Origin: Squalus acanthias
Lineage: Eukaryota
Direction of reading: 5' to 3'
Assembly (NCBI GenBank): GCA_030390025.1
Contig: CM059435.1
Span: forward strand, 72,292,001-72,356,000
DNA: 64,000 bases
The position numbers and the translations under genes are program-made. The notes below the pieces were generated by a model. That model had not been told where the DNA came from. It was given only the letters and a program-made list of their open reading frames with translations, and did no database searches. The first letter of the stretch is position 1. Each line of letters starts with the position of its first letter. Shown here in pieces: positions 23,873 to 35,469 of this stretch.

Positions 23873-25637
23873 AATAGAAACATAGAAGATAGGAGCAGGA
23901 GTAGGCCATTCGGCCCCTCAAGCCTGTTCCGCCATTTAATGAGATCATGGCTGATCATCCAAATTCAGTACCCTGTCCCTGCTTTCTCCCCATATCCCTT
24001 GATCCCTTTAGCCTTAAGAAATATATCTAACTCCTTCTTGAATATATTTAATGAATTGGCCTCAACTGCCTTCTGTGGTAGAGAATTCCACAGGTTCACC
24101 ACTCTCTGGGTGAAGAAATTCCTCCTCATCTCAGTCCTAAATGGCTTACCCCTTATCCTTAGACTGTGACCCCTGGTTCTGGACTCCCCCGCCATCGGGA
24201 ACATCCTTCCTGCATCTAGTCTGTCTAGTCCTGTTAGAATTTTATAAGTTTCAATGAGATCCCCTCTCATTCTTCTAAACTCTAGCGAATATAAGCCTAA
24301 TCGACCCAATCTCTCTTCATACGTCATTCCTGCCATCCCCGGTATCAGTCTGGTGAATCTTCGCTGCACTCCCTCCATGGCAAGAACATCCTTCCTCAGA
24401 TAAGGCGACCAAAACTGCACACAATTCTCAAGGTGTGGTCTCACCAAGGCCCTGTACAACTGCAGCAAGACATCCTTGCTCCTGTACTCGAATCCTCTCG
24501 CTATGAAGGCCAACATACCATTTGCCTTCTTAACTGCCTGCTGCACCTGCATGCTTACCTTCAGCGACTGGTGCACAAAGACACCCAGGTCTCGTTGCAC
24601 ATCCCCTTTTCCCAATCTATTGCTGTTCAGATAATAATCTGCCTTCCTGTTTTTGCCACCAAAGTGGATAACCTCGTATTTATCCACATTATACAGCATC
24701 TGCCATGTATCTGCCCAATCACCCAACTTGTCCAAATCATAGTGGAGTTTCTCTGCATCCTCCTCACAGCACACACGCCCACCCAGCTTTGTGTCGTCTG
24801 CAAACTTGGAGATATTACATCTAGTTCCCTCTTCTAGATCATTAATATATATTGTGAATAGCTGGGGTCCTAGCACCGATCCCTGCGGTACCCCACTAGT
24901 CACTGCCTGCCACTCGGAAAAAGACCCGTTTATTCCAACTCTTTGCTTCCTGTCTGCCAACCAGTTCTCTATCCAAGTCAGTACCTTACCCCCAATCCCA
25001 TGTGCTTTAACTTTGCACGCTAATCTCTTATGCAGGACCTTATCGAAAGCCTTCTGAAAGTCCAAATACACCACATCCACTGGTTCTCCCTTATCTATTC
25101 TACCAGTTACATCCTCAAAAAATTCCAGTAGATTAGTCAAGCATGATTTACCTTTAGTAAATCCCTGTTGACTTTGTCCGATCCTGTCACTGTTTTCCAA
25201 ATGCTCTGCTATTACATCTTTTATAATGGACTCTAGCATTTTACACTACCCATGTCCGGCTTACCGGTCTATAATTCCCCATTTTCTCTCTACCACCTTT
25301 TTTAAATAGTGGGGTTACATTAGCTATCCTCCAATCCATGGGAACTGTTCAAGACTCTATAGAATTTTGGAAGATGATCAACAATGCATCTACTATTTCT
25401 AGGGCCACTTCCTTAAGTACCCTAGGATGTAGATTATCAGGCCCTGGGGATTTATCGGCCTTCAATCCCGTCAATTTCCCTAACACCATTTCCCTACAAA
25501 TACTGATTTCATTCAGTTCCTCCCTTTCATTAGACCCTATGTTCCCCGACATCTCTGGGAGGTTATTTGTGTCCTCCTTTGTGAAGACAGAACCAAAGTA
25601 TGTATTTAATTGGTCTGCCATTTCTTTGTTCCCCATT
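23873..25637 (-). mobile_element. CR1 LINE, 5'-truncated, near-intact RT
   Basis: ORF 23965-25239 (424 aa, SKFADDTK) plus upstream frame 25349-25637 (KSPGPDNLHPRVLKE); lesion near 25245; tail atagaaacatagaa on +. Confidence 0.95.
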
Positions 25638-26479
25638 AAGGACATCAAGGACATATTAAACTGCAGCCCAGCCAGGATCTCCAAGGTCATTACTGTCTGC
25701 TGCATACAACATAATTTTGCCTAGTCATTGAGCAGTGGAAGGTACTTGGTACAAGTGGAGTGATTGAACCTGAGTCAGTGAAGTGCCCATTTCTTTTGTG
25801 TCCCTGGGATCTCTGTCTGGTTCTTGCAGAGACTCCTGCAGAAACAGAAGAAGAACGTATCTTAGAATGCTGGTTACAAAACATCACCTCAAATAGTCCT
25901 TGCATAGCAATATACTGTGTGCCGTGGTGTTGCACTGGAATGTATGCACGTAAGTGAGGGGAAAAAAGAAAAGGAAAAGGTTGATACCATCTCTAAGCTT
26001 GGGTGAGGCTCTCAGCGTCCCCTGCCCTACTCCGTCTATAATTACAAGCACAAGAATTTCCAGTGTTGCTTCCTCAAATGTACAGAAGTTTCAGATTCTT
26101 CCTGGGCAGGTTATTCGCCCCACCCCGTCCTGTTGTGTCACTTTGTCCTCCAAGTGGAGAAGTAGATTTGAAATGTTGGCAGTTTGAAGAGCACACCTAA
26201 GTGCTGATGTTGTATCCCAGCATGAGTAAATGAACATGCATCATGCAGCCAGGTTTTGTTGGAAGCTTGCTTTATGAGCTCACCTTTCAAGATATTAGCA
26301 CAATAACAGTGCTGGTGTTACATTGCATCTAGAAAGTTTACCCTGCTGGAGGATGTACATGTAAATAGCTGTACGGTAGAGTGCTTTAAGTATGGCCTCA
26401 GAGAAGGCCCAACAAATTGAAAGGAGACTCTTTTTTGGTGCTATGCATGCTTAGCCTTTCTCCATATTAAGTAGATGGG

Positions 26480-28015
26480 CAAAGCTAGAGAGTATAAGAC
26501 CCCAGGTCCAGATGGATTGGACCTAAAAGAAGCAAGGGAAGAGATAGCAGAGGCACTGTTTTTTATATATATTTATAAAAATTCATTAGAAAAGTGAATA
26601 GTGCAAGAGGACTGGTAGACAGCTAATATTATTCCTATATTTAAAAATAGAGATCGAATAAGTCCAGGGAATTATAGACCAGTTAGCTTAATGTCGGTGA
26701 TAGGAAAGATAATGGAGTCTTTACTCAAAGATGAAATAGTAAAACACCTAGAAAACAAAAATATAATAAAGAATAATCAGCACGGATTCCAAAAGGGAAG
26801 ACCATGCTTGACCAACGTTATTGAATTCTTTGAAGAAGTAACAGAAGGAGTAGATAAGGGTAATGTAGTAGATGTAATATACTTGGATTTTCAAAAGGTA
26901 CTGCATAGTAGACTCATGACAAAGATCAGAACATATTGAGTCAGGATCAAGTAGCAGAATGGATAGCAAACTGGCTACAAAACAGAAAACAGAGACTAGG
27001 GGTTAAAGGTATTTACTCAGACTGGCGGAAGGTAGGAAGTGGTGTTCCACAATGTTGTTCACCATTTATATAAACAATTTGGACTCTGGGATTGGAAGTA
27101 GTTTCAAAATTTGCAGGTGTCACCGAATTGGGGTGTAGTTACTATAGAGGAGGACTGCGACAAAATACAAGCAGATGTTTATAAACATGCAGAATGGGCA
27201 TGTAAATGGGAAATTAATTTCAATATAGATAAGTGTGAGGTGGTGCATTTTGGTATGAAGATTAAGGAGGCCACATACTCCTTGGAAGATAAGAGTCCAA
27301 ATGGGGTAGAGGAGAAAAGGGATCTCGGGGTACAGATACACAAATCATTAAAAGTAGCAACGCAGGATAACAAGGCCATAAATATGCAAACAAAGCACTG
27401 GGGTTCATTTCTAGAGGAATAGAATTGAAAAGCAGAGAAGTTATGTTAAACTTATATAGATCCTTGGTTAGACCATACTGTGCACAGTTCTGGTCTCCTT
27501 ATTACAATAGGATATAGAGGCAAAGGAAAAGGTGCAAAAAAGATTCACAAGGATGATATCAGAACTGAGAGGCTATAACTATCAGGAAAGACTGAACAGG
27601 CTGGGGCTCTTTTCTCTAGAAAGAGAAGACTGAGGGAGTGACCTGATCGAGGTCTTTAAAATTATGAAAGGGTTCGATAGGGTAGACATAGAGAAGATGT
27701 TTCCACTTGTGGCCGAGTCCAAAACAAAGGGTCATAAATCTAAGGTAGTCACTAATAAATCTAATAAGAAATTCAGGAAAAACCTCTTTACCCAGAGAGT
27801 GGTTAGAATGTAGAATTTGCAACCACATGGAGTGGTTGAGGTGAATAGCATAGATGCATTGAAGTGGAGGCTAGATAATTGCATGAGGGATAAAGGAATA
27901 GAAGGATCTGCTGATAGGGTGAAGTGGAGTAGAGTGAGAGGAGGCTCTGGAGCATAAACACTGGCATAGACCAGTTGGGCTGAATGGCCTGTTTCTGTGC
28001 TGTACATTTTATGTA
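26480..28015 (+). mobile_element. Older CR1 copy, many lesions
   Basis: PGNYRPVSL, QHGFQKGRPCLTN, YLDFQK, NIDKCEVVHFG in broken frames; 3' UTR tgaatggcctgtttctgtgctgta. Confidence 0.85.
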
Positions 28016-28023
28016 AAATAGTC

Positions 28024-28230
28024 TTACCTTGGTAGATTTTCTGAGGTTGGCAAACTTCTTCCTCTTAAGCTGAATGTAAGCCATGATGTTGACCCCTTCT
28101 GCCACCACCTCCCTTGCAGACTGGATGGCTCTCCTGTACGGAAGGTGCCCATCAGTGCCAAAAGGGGGAACTCTCGTGTGGCTCAATTCTTGGAAGAACA
28201 GCTCCATAAAATGCATTATATTGCTCCATT
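28024..28230 (-). pseudogene. Myb/SANT-like (Harbinger accessory gene) exon relic
   Basis: ELFFQELSHTRVPPFG...REVVAEGVN...KRKKFANLRKSTK followed by the donor aag|gtaaga. Confidence 0.5.
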
Positions 28231-28829
28231 ACGGAAACTGTGGCAACTTACAGGGCTCATTATTAAATCAAAATTTTCGTAGTTGGCATCCAACCATTTT
28301 CACCAAAATGTATGGACTCCAAAGCAGGATTGATCAATTTTCAACATTTCTAACCATTAAGTGTCTCATTAGTTCCTTGACAAGTATTAAAAAATCATTA
28401 TTACAGGTTGTGATTGGTGTTTTTTCACGGTTACTAACAGAATCGCATTCTTGGAAATTGCACATTTTAAATTCGCCCATTTCTGCGATTTTTCATTCGT
28501 GATTCATTAATCACAAAGAAAAGCAGTCACCTGACACATTATTTATTTAAAGCAAGATGTTTGGCCCTTAGTGTTTTACACAAATACATAATGGTAATTT
28601 TCAATAAACTGTTAAGCTGCTGATATATTTAAAACATCTACAGTATATGATTTATCAAGACCTTTGAACCTACAAGTTTGTATTTATGCTGTGGATAACA
28701 TGGATGACAATCTACAAGCTGTTGTACATTGTAAAATCACCAATGATTAATTACTCAACAGTATATTAGAATTTGCTTTGACAGATTCTGTTTGCTTTTT
28801 CAGGAGTTATATAACTTAATCCTTTTAAG

Positions 28830-29425
28830 TGTCAACTGTGACTCAGTTGGTAGCACACTTGAGTCAGAAGGTTGTGGGTTCAAGTTCGACTCCAGAGGCT
28901 TGAGCACATAATTGAGCAGGTTGGGCCAATACTCATTGGAGTTTAGAAGAATGAGAGGTGATCTTATTGAAACATATAAGATTCTGAGGGGGCTTGACAG
29001 GGTAGATGCAAGGAGGACATTTCCCCTCGTGGGGGAATCTAGAACTAGGGGGCATAGTTTCAGGATAAGGGGTCGCCCATATAAAACGGAGATGAGGAGG
29101 GATTTCTCCTCTCAGAGGGTCATGAATCTTTGGAATTCTCTACCCCAGAGAGCTGTGGAGGCGGAGTCATTGAATATATTCAAGGCGGAGATAGACAGAT
29201 AGTTGAGCTACAGGGGAGTCAACGGTTATGGGGAGCGGGTGGGAAAGTGGAGTTGAGGCCAAGATCAGATCAGCCATGATCTTATTGAATGGTGGAGCAG
29301 GCTCGAGGGGCCAAATGGCCTACTCCTGCTCCTATTTCTTATGTTCTTATATTCTTATAATCTAGGCTGACACTCCAGTGCAATACTGAGGGAGTGCTGC
29401 ACTTTCGGAGGTGCCGTCTTTCAGA
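28830..29425 (+). mobile_element. tRNA-headed Deu-type SINE 5' half, interrupted by CR1
   Basis: A/B-box-like head gtgactcagttggtagc...ggttcaag; resumes ctaggctgacactccagtgc...gaggtgccgtctttcag. Confidence 0.8.
28913..29356 (+). mobile_element. CR1 3' fragment nested in SINE
   Basis: RLGQYSLEFRRMRGDLIETYK; ttcttatg tail; TSD ataat at 28908-28912 and 29357-29361. Confidence 0.9.
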
Positions 29426-29481
29426 ATAGTGCCCACTGCTCTCTGAATAGTGCCCACTGCTCTTCTTCAAATAGTGCCCAC
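29425..29481. repeat. Short tandem triplication
   Basis: aatagtgcccact occurs three times at 21-24 nt spacing, at a junction of opposite-orientation SINE pieces. Confidence 0.8.
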
Positions 29482-29889
29482 TACAGTGTGAAACAACCCC
29501 TAGTGCCCAGTGGTATAAACTTTGAAGTGGGTTGTTAGTATGCCCAGAAAATCCTCTTGTGTGGCAATCTGTGTGCCATCATGTAAGCCAGATTTTATGG
29601 AGTTGTACCCAGTCACAGAATAAATGGATTCAGTGGCATACTTGTTCTGCACCACCAGGTCAATGAGTGAACAATGTTCATAATAAATTTATTTTAAAAA
29701 TCTTTTCTCAGCCAGCCTTACTATAGAGTTTTCAGGCAGGTTCCTCACTTGATTTTCTATACTAAAACATCGGACAGGAAAGATCACTTGGTTCATGTAG
29801 CCTTTCCCATATAGTTGTGATGCTTGATGCATCCCGTCAAGAGACTCCTTACCCCCTAAGTACCATGTAGTCTCTTGGAGAGGGAAAAA

Positions 29890-30830
29890 ACCCAACGGCA
29901 ATTAGGAAAAGAAAACATCTGGAAAATTCCTCTCCGATCCCTCTAGGTGATCAAAACTAGTCCAGGAGATCCTATTGACCATGACTTGTATGATTTGGTA
30001 CCTATCGTAAGATGCAATCTCTGCCCCAGCCAGGAACTGGTCCAGCTCACTCTTGAAGGTATACAATGAATCAACACTTGTTCCATAGGTCTACTAGACT
30101 TGGGGAAAGAAGATCTGCCTAACATCTAACCTACTTCTTCTCTCGCGTAATTTATATGTATGACCGCCCCAATTTATATCTTCCCCACCCTATCTAATTG
30201 TAATAATCTAATTGACACAATCTAATCCTTTCATTACCTCATAGATGTCATTCAAATCGCCCCTGAGTCTACACTTCTCTAAAGTATATAGATCCAGCTC
30301 TTTTAAACCTATCTGGGTAGCTAAGGTGTTCTAGATTGGCAATCATTCTTGTACCCTCCTCTGAACCTTTTCCAAAGCCACAATATCACTCAACATGTGA
30401 ATAGACCAAAACTGGACACAGTATTCTAAATGAGACCTAACCAAAAGTCTTGTACAAAGACCAAATGGTATGTTTTGTTTTGTAATGAATAGTCCTATGA
30501 ATGCAAACCCAGTACCCTATTTGCTTTAGCAATAGCTTCATGGCATTGGTCGTGAACCTTTAGAGTGTTGTGAACTATCATACAAAGATCACTTTCTTTC
30601 ACCACAGGTTTTAGTGCTATTCCTTGGAAGCTGTGCTTAGTGTTGGTCCTGCACACATGCATAACACTACATGTATCTCAGTTAAATACCATTAACCAAA
30701 AGCGGGCCCATTCACCCAATACATTGAGATCTGCTTGCAGTTGTTTCATCTCCTCCACAGTCCTACCACCTACACAAATCTTCGTATCATCCACAAACTT
30801 ACAAATCAATCCCCCCAAACCTTCGTCTAA
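29890..30830 (-). mobile_element. Old CR1-group LINE (family C) 3' region
   Basis: ggaaaattcctctccgatcc 3' UTR; gaccaaaactggacacagtattctaaatgagacctaacc encodes VRSHLEYCVQFW on -; degenerate FVDD near 30785. Confidence 0.7.
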
Positions 30831-31368
30831 GTTTTATTCCCTGCAAACTTTTAAAAAAGCATTCTTAAATTCTCAATTCTTTTTTAAAAGAGAAAAATAA
30901 ATTGTGCTAACCAGAAGAAAACTCCTAATATAATTTCAGGAAAACCTTAAAGACAAGCACTATAAATAATTGATTCTTTGAATTAATAGTGAAATGAAGG
31001 AAACTTCATCGAACACCAGTGAGTAACAAGGGATTAATAGGGGCCTGACTATTCCCCACTGATGGTGTTTATTGATCATTTGTGCTGCTTGAGTGCTTGA
31101 AGTACTTTATGGACATTAAATTGAATCCTAATCTTGTACTAGTTTATCTTCAGCTGAAGAAATGTCCCTATCATATATAGCCCATCGTTAATGGTGCAGT
31201 TGATGAACGGTCAGTCAGGGTTCACCAATCTCTGGTATTGTACAGCGAAATCAGAAGAATTCCAGTCGCTAGAGTACTAGCAAGTATTGGCTCTTAGAAT
31301 ATCTTCTGTCAGTTTTGGTGGGACTTCACATCAACCGTTCATATTACTACAGATTTAACCCAGGGGTT

Positions 31369-31769
31369 AGAACATAAGAACATAAGAAATAGGAGCAGGA
31401 GTAGGCCATTCGGCCCCTTGAGTCTGCTCCACCATTCAATAAGATCATGGCTGATCTTCTACCTCATCTCCACTTTCCTGCACTATCCCCATATCCCTTG
31501 ATTCCCTTAATATCCAAAAATCTATCGATCTCTGTCTTGAATATACTCAACGACTGAGCCTCCACAGCCCTCTGGGGTAGAGAATTCCAAAGATTCACCA
31601 CCCTCTGAGTGAAGAAATTTCTCCTCCTCTCAGTCCTAAATGGTTGACCCCTTATTCTGAGACTGTGACCACTGGTTCTAGGCTCCCCAGCCAGGGGAAA
31701 CATCCTCCCTGTAACTACCCTGTCAAGCCCTGTAAGAATTGTGTATGTTTCAATGAGATCACCTCTCAT
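31369..31769 (-). mobile_element. CR1 3' fragment
   Basis: ORF 31464-31769 MRGDLIETY...WNSLPQRAVEA; agaacataagaacataagaa tail. Confidence 0.9.
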
Positions 31770-31824
31770 CGATTTATAAAAGCTAGCCAGTATATACAGT
31801 AATTGTGAAATGGAATAAGTGAAA

Positions 31825-32037
31825 TGATGTGGAATGCACTACCTGAGAGGATAGTGGAAGCAGATTCAATACTAAATTCCAAAAAGGAATTGGATGTATA
31901 CTTGAAAAGGAAACATTTGCAGGGCTAAGGGGAAAGAACATGGGAGTGGGACTAATTGGATAGCTCTTTCAAAGAGCCTGTACAGGCACGATGGATTGAA
32001 TGGCCTCCTTCTGTGCTGTAAGATTGTATGATTCTAT
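31825..32037 (+). mobile_element. CR1 3' fragment
   Basis: tggaatgcactacctgagagg...gaatggcctccttctgtgctgt...atgattctat. Confidence 0.8.
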
Positions 32038-33599
32038 GTGGTGGGCATGACCCCATATTAAAGATGGCAGGTTATGAATGTGTGGTGTATGTGAGCTCTA
32101 TTGATTTTGGGAGAGAGAAACTGTAGTGACATAGCAGTCAAGTAATGTGCTGCTTTTGATCTGAAAGATGCACTGTAGAAGAAGCCAAAATCAGTTTAGA
32201 AAATGCATAATGCATGACGACCGCAGTGGCAGTATGAAGATTGACAATAACAATTGTGGAGATTTGATGAGCGCGCTTATAGTTGGAATTGTATGAACTA
32301 TGCAGGAGGAGGAGCGGCAGTGGTGATGGCATTGGCAGAGGTTGAGGTAGCAGGCTCTGTACTAGATAAAACTTAAATGTCAGGAGCAGAATGCAAAGCC
32401 GTGGTGGCAGAGGCTGAAGCAATGTAGCAGCACAGGGTGAGAGATAGGCTCAACTTAAACGGTGGGAGGAGCAGAAAGTGGTTGAGGCTGCAGTGGGCAG
32501 GTAGTGAGGAGTGCTGGCACAGGCTCAGTGGTAGGTTGGAGCTGAATGTTGAGAGTAGAGTGGGGAGGAGGGAGAGAGGTGGGGTGGGGGGGGGTGGCGG
32601 AGGATGTTTGAAGTTGCCTGGTTAGTGGGGAAGTAAGTGGCGGGGACTGGGAAGTGGCGGGGGGGGTGAGGCGGGTTGACGTTGAGGTTCGGGATAGCAG
32701 GAGGATGAGGAGCTGGAGTCGAGGTCACACTTTGTGCATGTAGCTTGTGGTGCAGAGCTGCTGGTGGAGTTGTACGGCGTTTCTAATATGCAGAAGGTGG
32801 TGGAATATAAAATAATAATTTGATAAGAAGTGAAACATTAACAATGAAAATGTAAAAGTTATCCATGTTTTCTACTGTTGAGTTATTTGTATATGTGCCA
32901 ATCAGTGGGAAGAAATTTGCATATATGAGCAGTAAATTTGCCTGTAATAAAATTTGACAAGTCTGAGAGAGGTGACTGTAATGCACCAGACAGGAATTTC
33001 GAGCAATATGTACTATTTTTATTATATTATTAGTCAATCTTCTATGGTATAGATCACAGTGAGTTGGATAATGTCTTTTTGTATAAAGTGGGCATCACTG
33101 TTACTAAGCATCGGCAACCCGAACTAACCAATCAGGATTTTAACAAGATCTGTAGAGTTCAATAACATTATTGATTCATTTACTGAGAAATAGGCAAGAA
33201 AAACACTGTTATAAATTGAAAGCCTTAAAATAAATTATATGGAAACTTCTTTATATTCATCCATTTCCTTACTCATGTTTTATTGTCACTGCTCAGTTTC
33301 ATTCATAAATTCTCCCTCCTCCGGCCCTGCGAGCTCAGGACCCTGATACAGTTCGACTCACTCTCCCCCCTCTCATTAACACTGATGATGAGTAGCTGGT
33401 CTGTTTTGTTTCCACTGATTTCAGTGCTTCTTCGCTGCTTTGCCATGTTTGAAACTGAACTCTGGCCCAGCTTAAAGCTATACCCCATCTGCTATTTGTG
33501 CTCAGTTTCCCCAGGGAACTCTCACTCTGTCCTGTCTATTTGGGCATCCCTCACAATTTGCAGATTCTGAACAAGAAGAAGAATTAGAAAAGCCATACA

Positions 33600-35277
33600 A
33601 GGCAAGAGCATGAGATTGTTCATCCTGCATGATGAGTGCCTCAATTTGATTCCTCAACATTTGCAATCCAAACAAGACATACTGCTGTAGATCGGAGCCC
33701 AGCACCTCCAGAGTCCCAGCCAAAGCATTTGTGGAAGGAGCTCATAACCACAGCCAAAAGGGTCGTGGAATGGCTATATTGTCCCTGGTGATCTACAGCT
33801 CGGTTAGATGATCATGCAATATTGTACAGATGTGGGGTTTGGATCTTTCCATAGATATCCCAAACATGTGTAGGTTGCTAGGCATGTTGTCAAAGACTAC
33901 ATTAACTGCTGAGGCTGAACTACCCAACTGTGTTTGTAGGAAGGCTCTGTGAGGTCAAAGCCCTGGGCCCAACAGCTGAAGCAGCACCAGAGCTGGCCCT
34001 CTGGCCTTGGGCCAGCAGGTGGCAGCTCCTCCAATTCCACCTGTATATCCTCATCCTCACTCACCAAATGCTCCCTCCTGCAACGCATTAACTGATTGCT
34101 GTCAGCTGGTGTATCTGTGCCAGCGCTTTCCGCTGTATGAGTGTTGTGTCACAGGGAGCTGTGAGGTACAGGTTAAGTCTACACATTGGGCTCTACCATT
34201 GCCTTCTCTTAGGCACCAAAAGGAGAAGAACGTAGAAAAATGGCAGTGTCAGCCCTTAAAACAGAGCTTATGCGGCAAGACATGTTTGTATTTTATGCCT
34301 TAGCATTGCTGTGTACGCCTATGTGGGATGGAGTGAAGGAGTAAGGGGAGAAAAAATGAAAACCAAAAGATAATGCTAGCCATGAGATAGGGTGGGCTTC
34401 TGACCTCGCCCTCCCCACTCCCTCTGTTGTCTACCCGCCCAGCATCTCCAAGGCGTTCTCTTCGTGAGGAGTCTGGAGTTGTAATGAGATGACCCTCCAA
34501 CAGCCAGTATGTATGCGTTGGCATCTGTTACGTGTGAGCTTCTCTTGCAAGCAGGTAGAAAAGGGATGTATGTTGGAGTAAGGAACAAAACAGAAGATGT
34601 GTGTCGCCCAACCAGTGGCTACTTTCTGTGAATCTGTGAACTTGTGTGTTGGCCGTGTGCTAGGGGTTTGTTGCTTGCCATCTTAACGGCCCGTGGAGCA
34701 AAAACATCATCATAGTAGCAATTCAGAGTGTTCTGGTGAAACACAAGGAGACCTGTGCATTTGAAAAATGCGTTCCCAGTTCCCAAAGCGATGTGCATCC
34801 TCCCTCTGTGAGGCTGCACCAAGCTCACAAAATGCTATTAAGTGTATTGTAAGGAAAAATGTGCCCAGTATTTAGCTCAGCAACCTACCAGAGAGCAGTA
34901 GGTTTCTTCCTCACCTGCTCCCAGGTTCAAGGCACAGGTGAGACATACTTCTTTCAGCCACTCCCATCCAGGCTGCTCTGGCACTGACCACCGGCTCCAA
35001 AAAGGACCATCCTCCCACACCAGCAGCTCCCAACCTGCTTCATTGGACGGAGTAGTTCTAACACAGATCTTGCTATAGCCATTTCTTCCTCTCTTCAGTA
35101 ACAGGGCAATTTTAAGGGACTCTTGTAGCCCTTTAAGAGCTGCAGTCCTTAACCCATGCACTGTGCACAGGGATGCCGCTACGGTGTGCTAATGAGCTGG
35201 CCGTGCATTGTAGCGTGCGATCAGCTCAGTGTTTATGGGCGAGGAGAGCACTGCGCTGGGACTGCATAATTGGCCCC
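33600..35277 (-). mobile_element. Ancient Harbinger relic with Myb/SANT-like exon
   Basis: The - strand at ~34880-35082 gives RMVLFGAGG...TWEQVRKK; ends in TIR-like aattggcccc at 35277. Left boundary uncertain. Confidence 0.45.
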
Positions 35278-35469
35278 TAGATGTTAGACATCAAAGTGAA
35301 TGGTACTCTTACCACCCAGAAAACAGGGAAACATTTCAAGGATCTCTATTATTGCTCTTCCCAACCAGCATTTAATTCACTTTCACAATCATTCTGCTGC
35401 CAGCTGCTAACAGTAACTTTGAAAGAAGGATATTTACTGTTCCAGCACCTGGTCCAAATGATCGCTCTG

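Noticed and set aside
28838-28895. tRNA genes (also 56092 and 57692)
   Set aside because: A/B boxes run directly into SINE bodies; no complete cloverleaf or T-run terminator.
32400-32730. G-rich stretch with G-quadruplex potential and Pro-rich ORFs
   Set aside because: Low-complexity sequence with no supporting structure.
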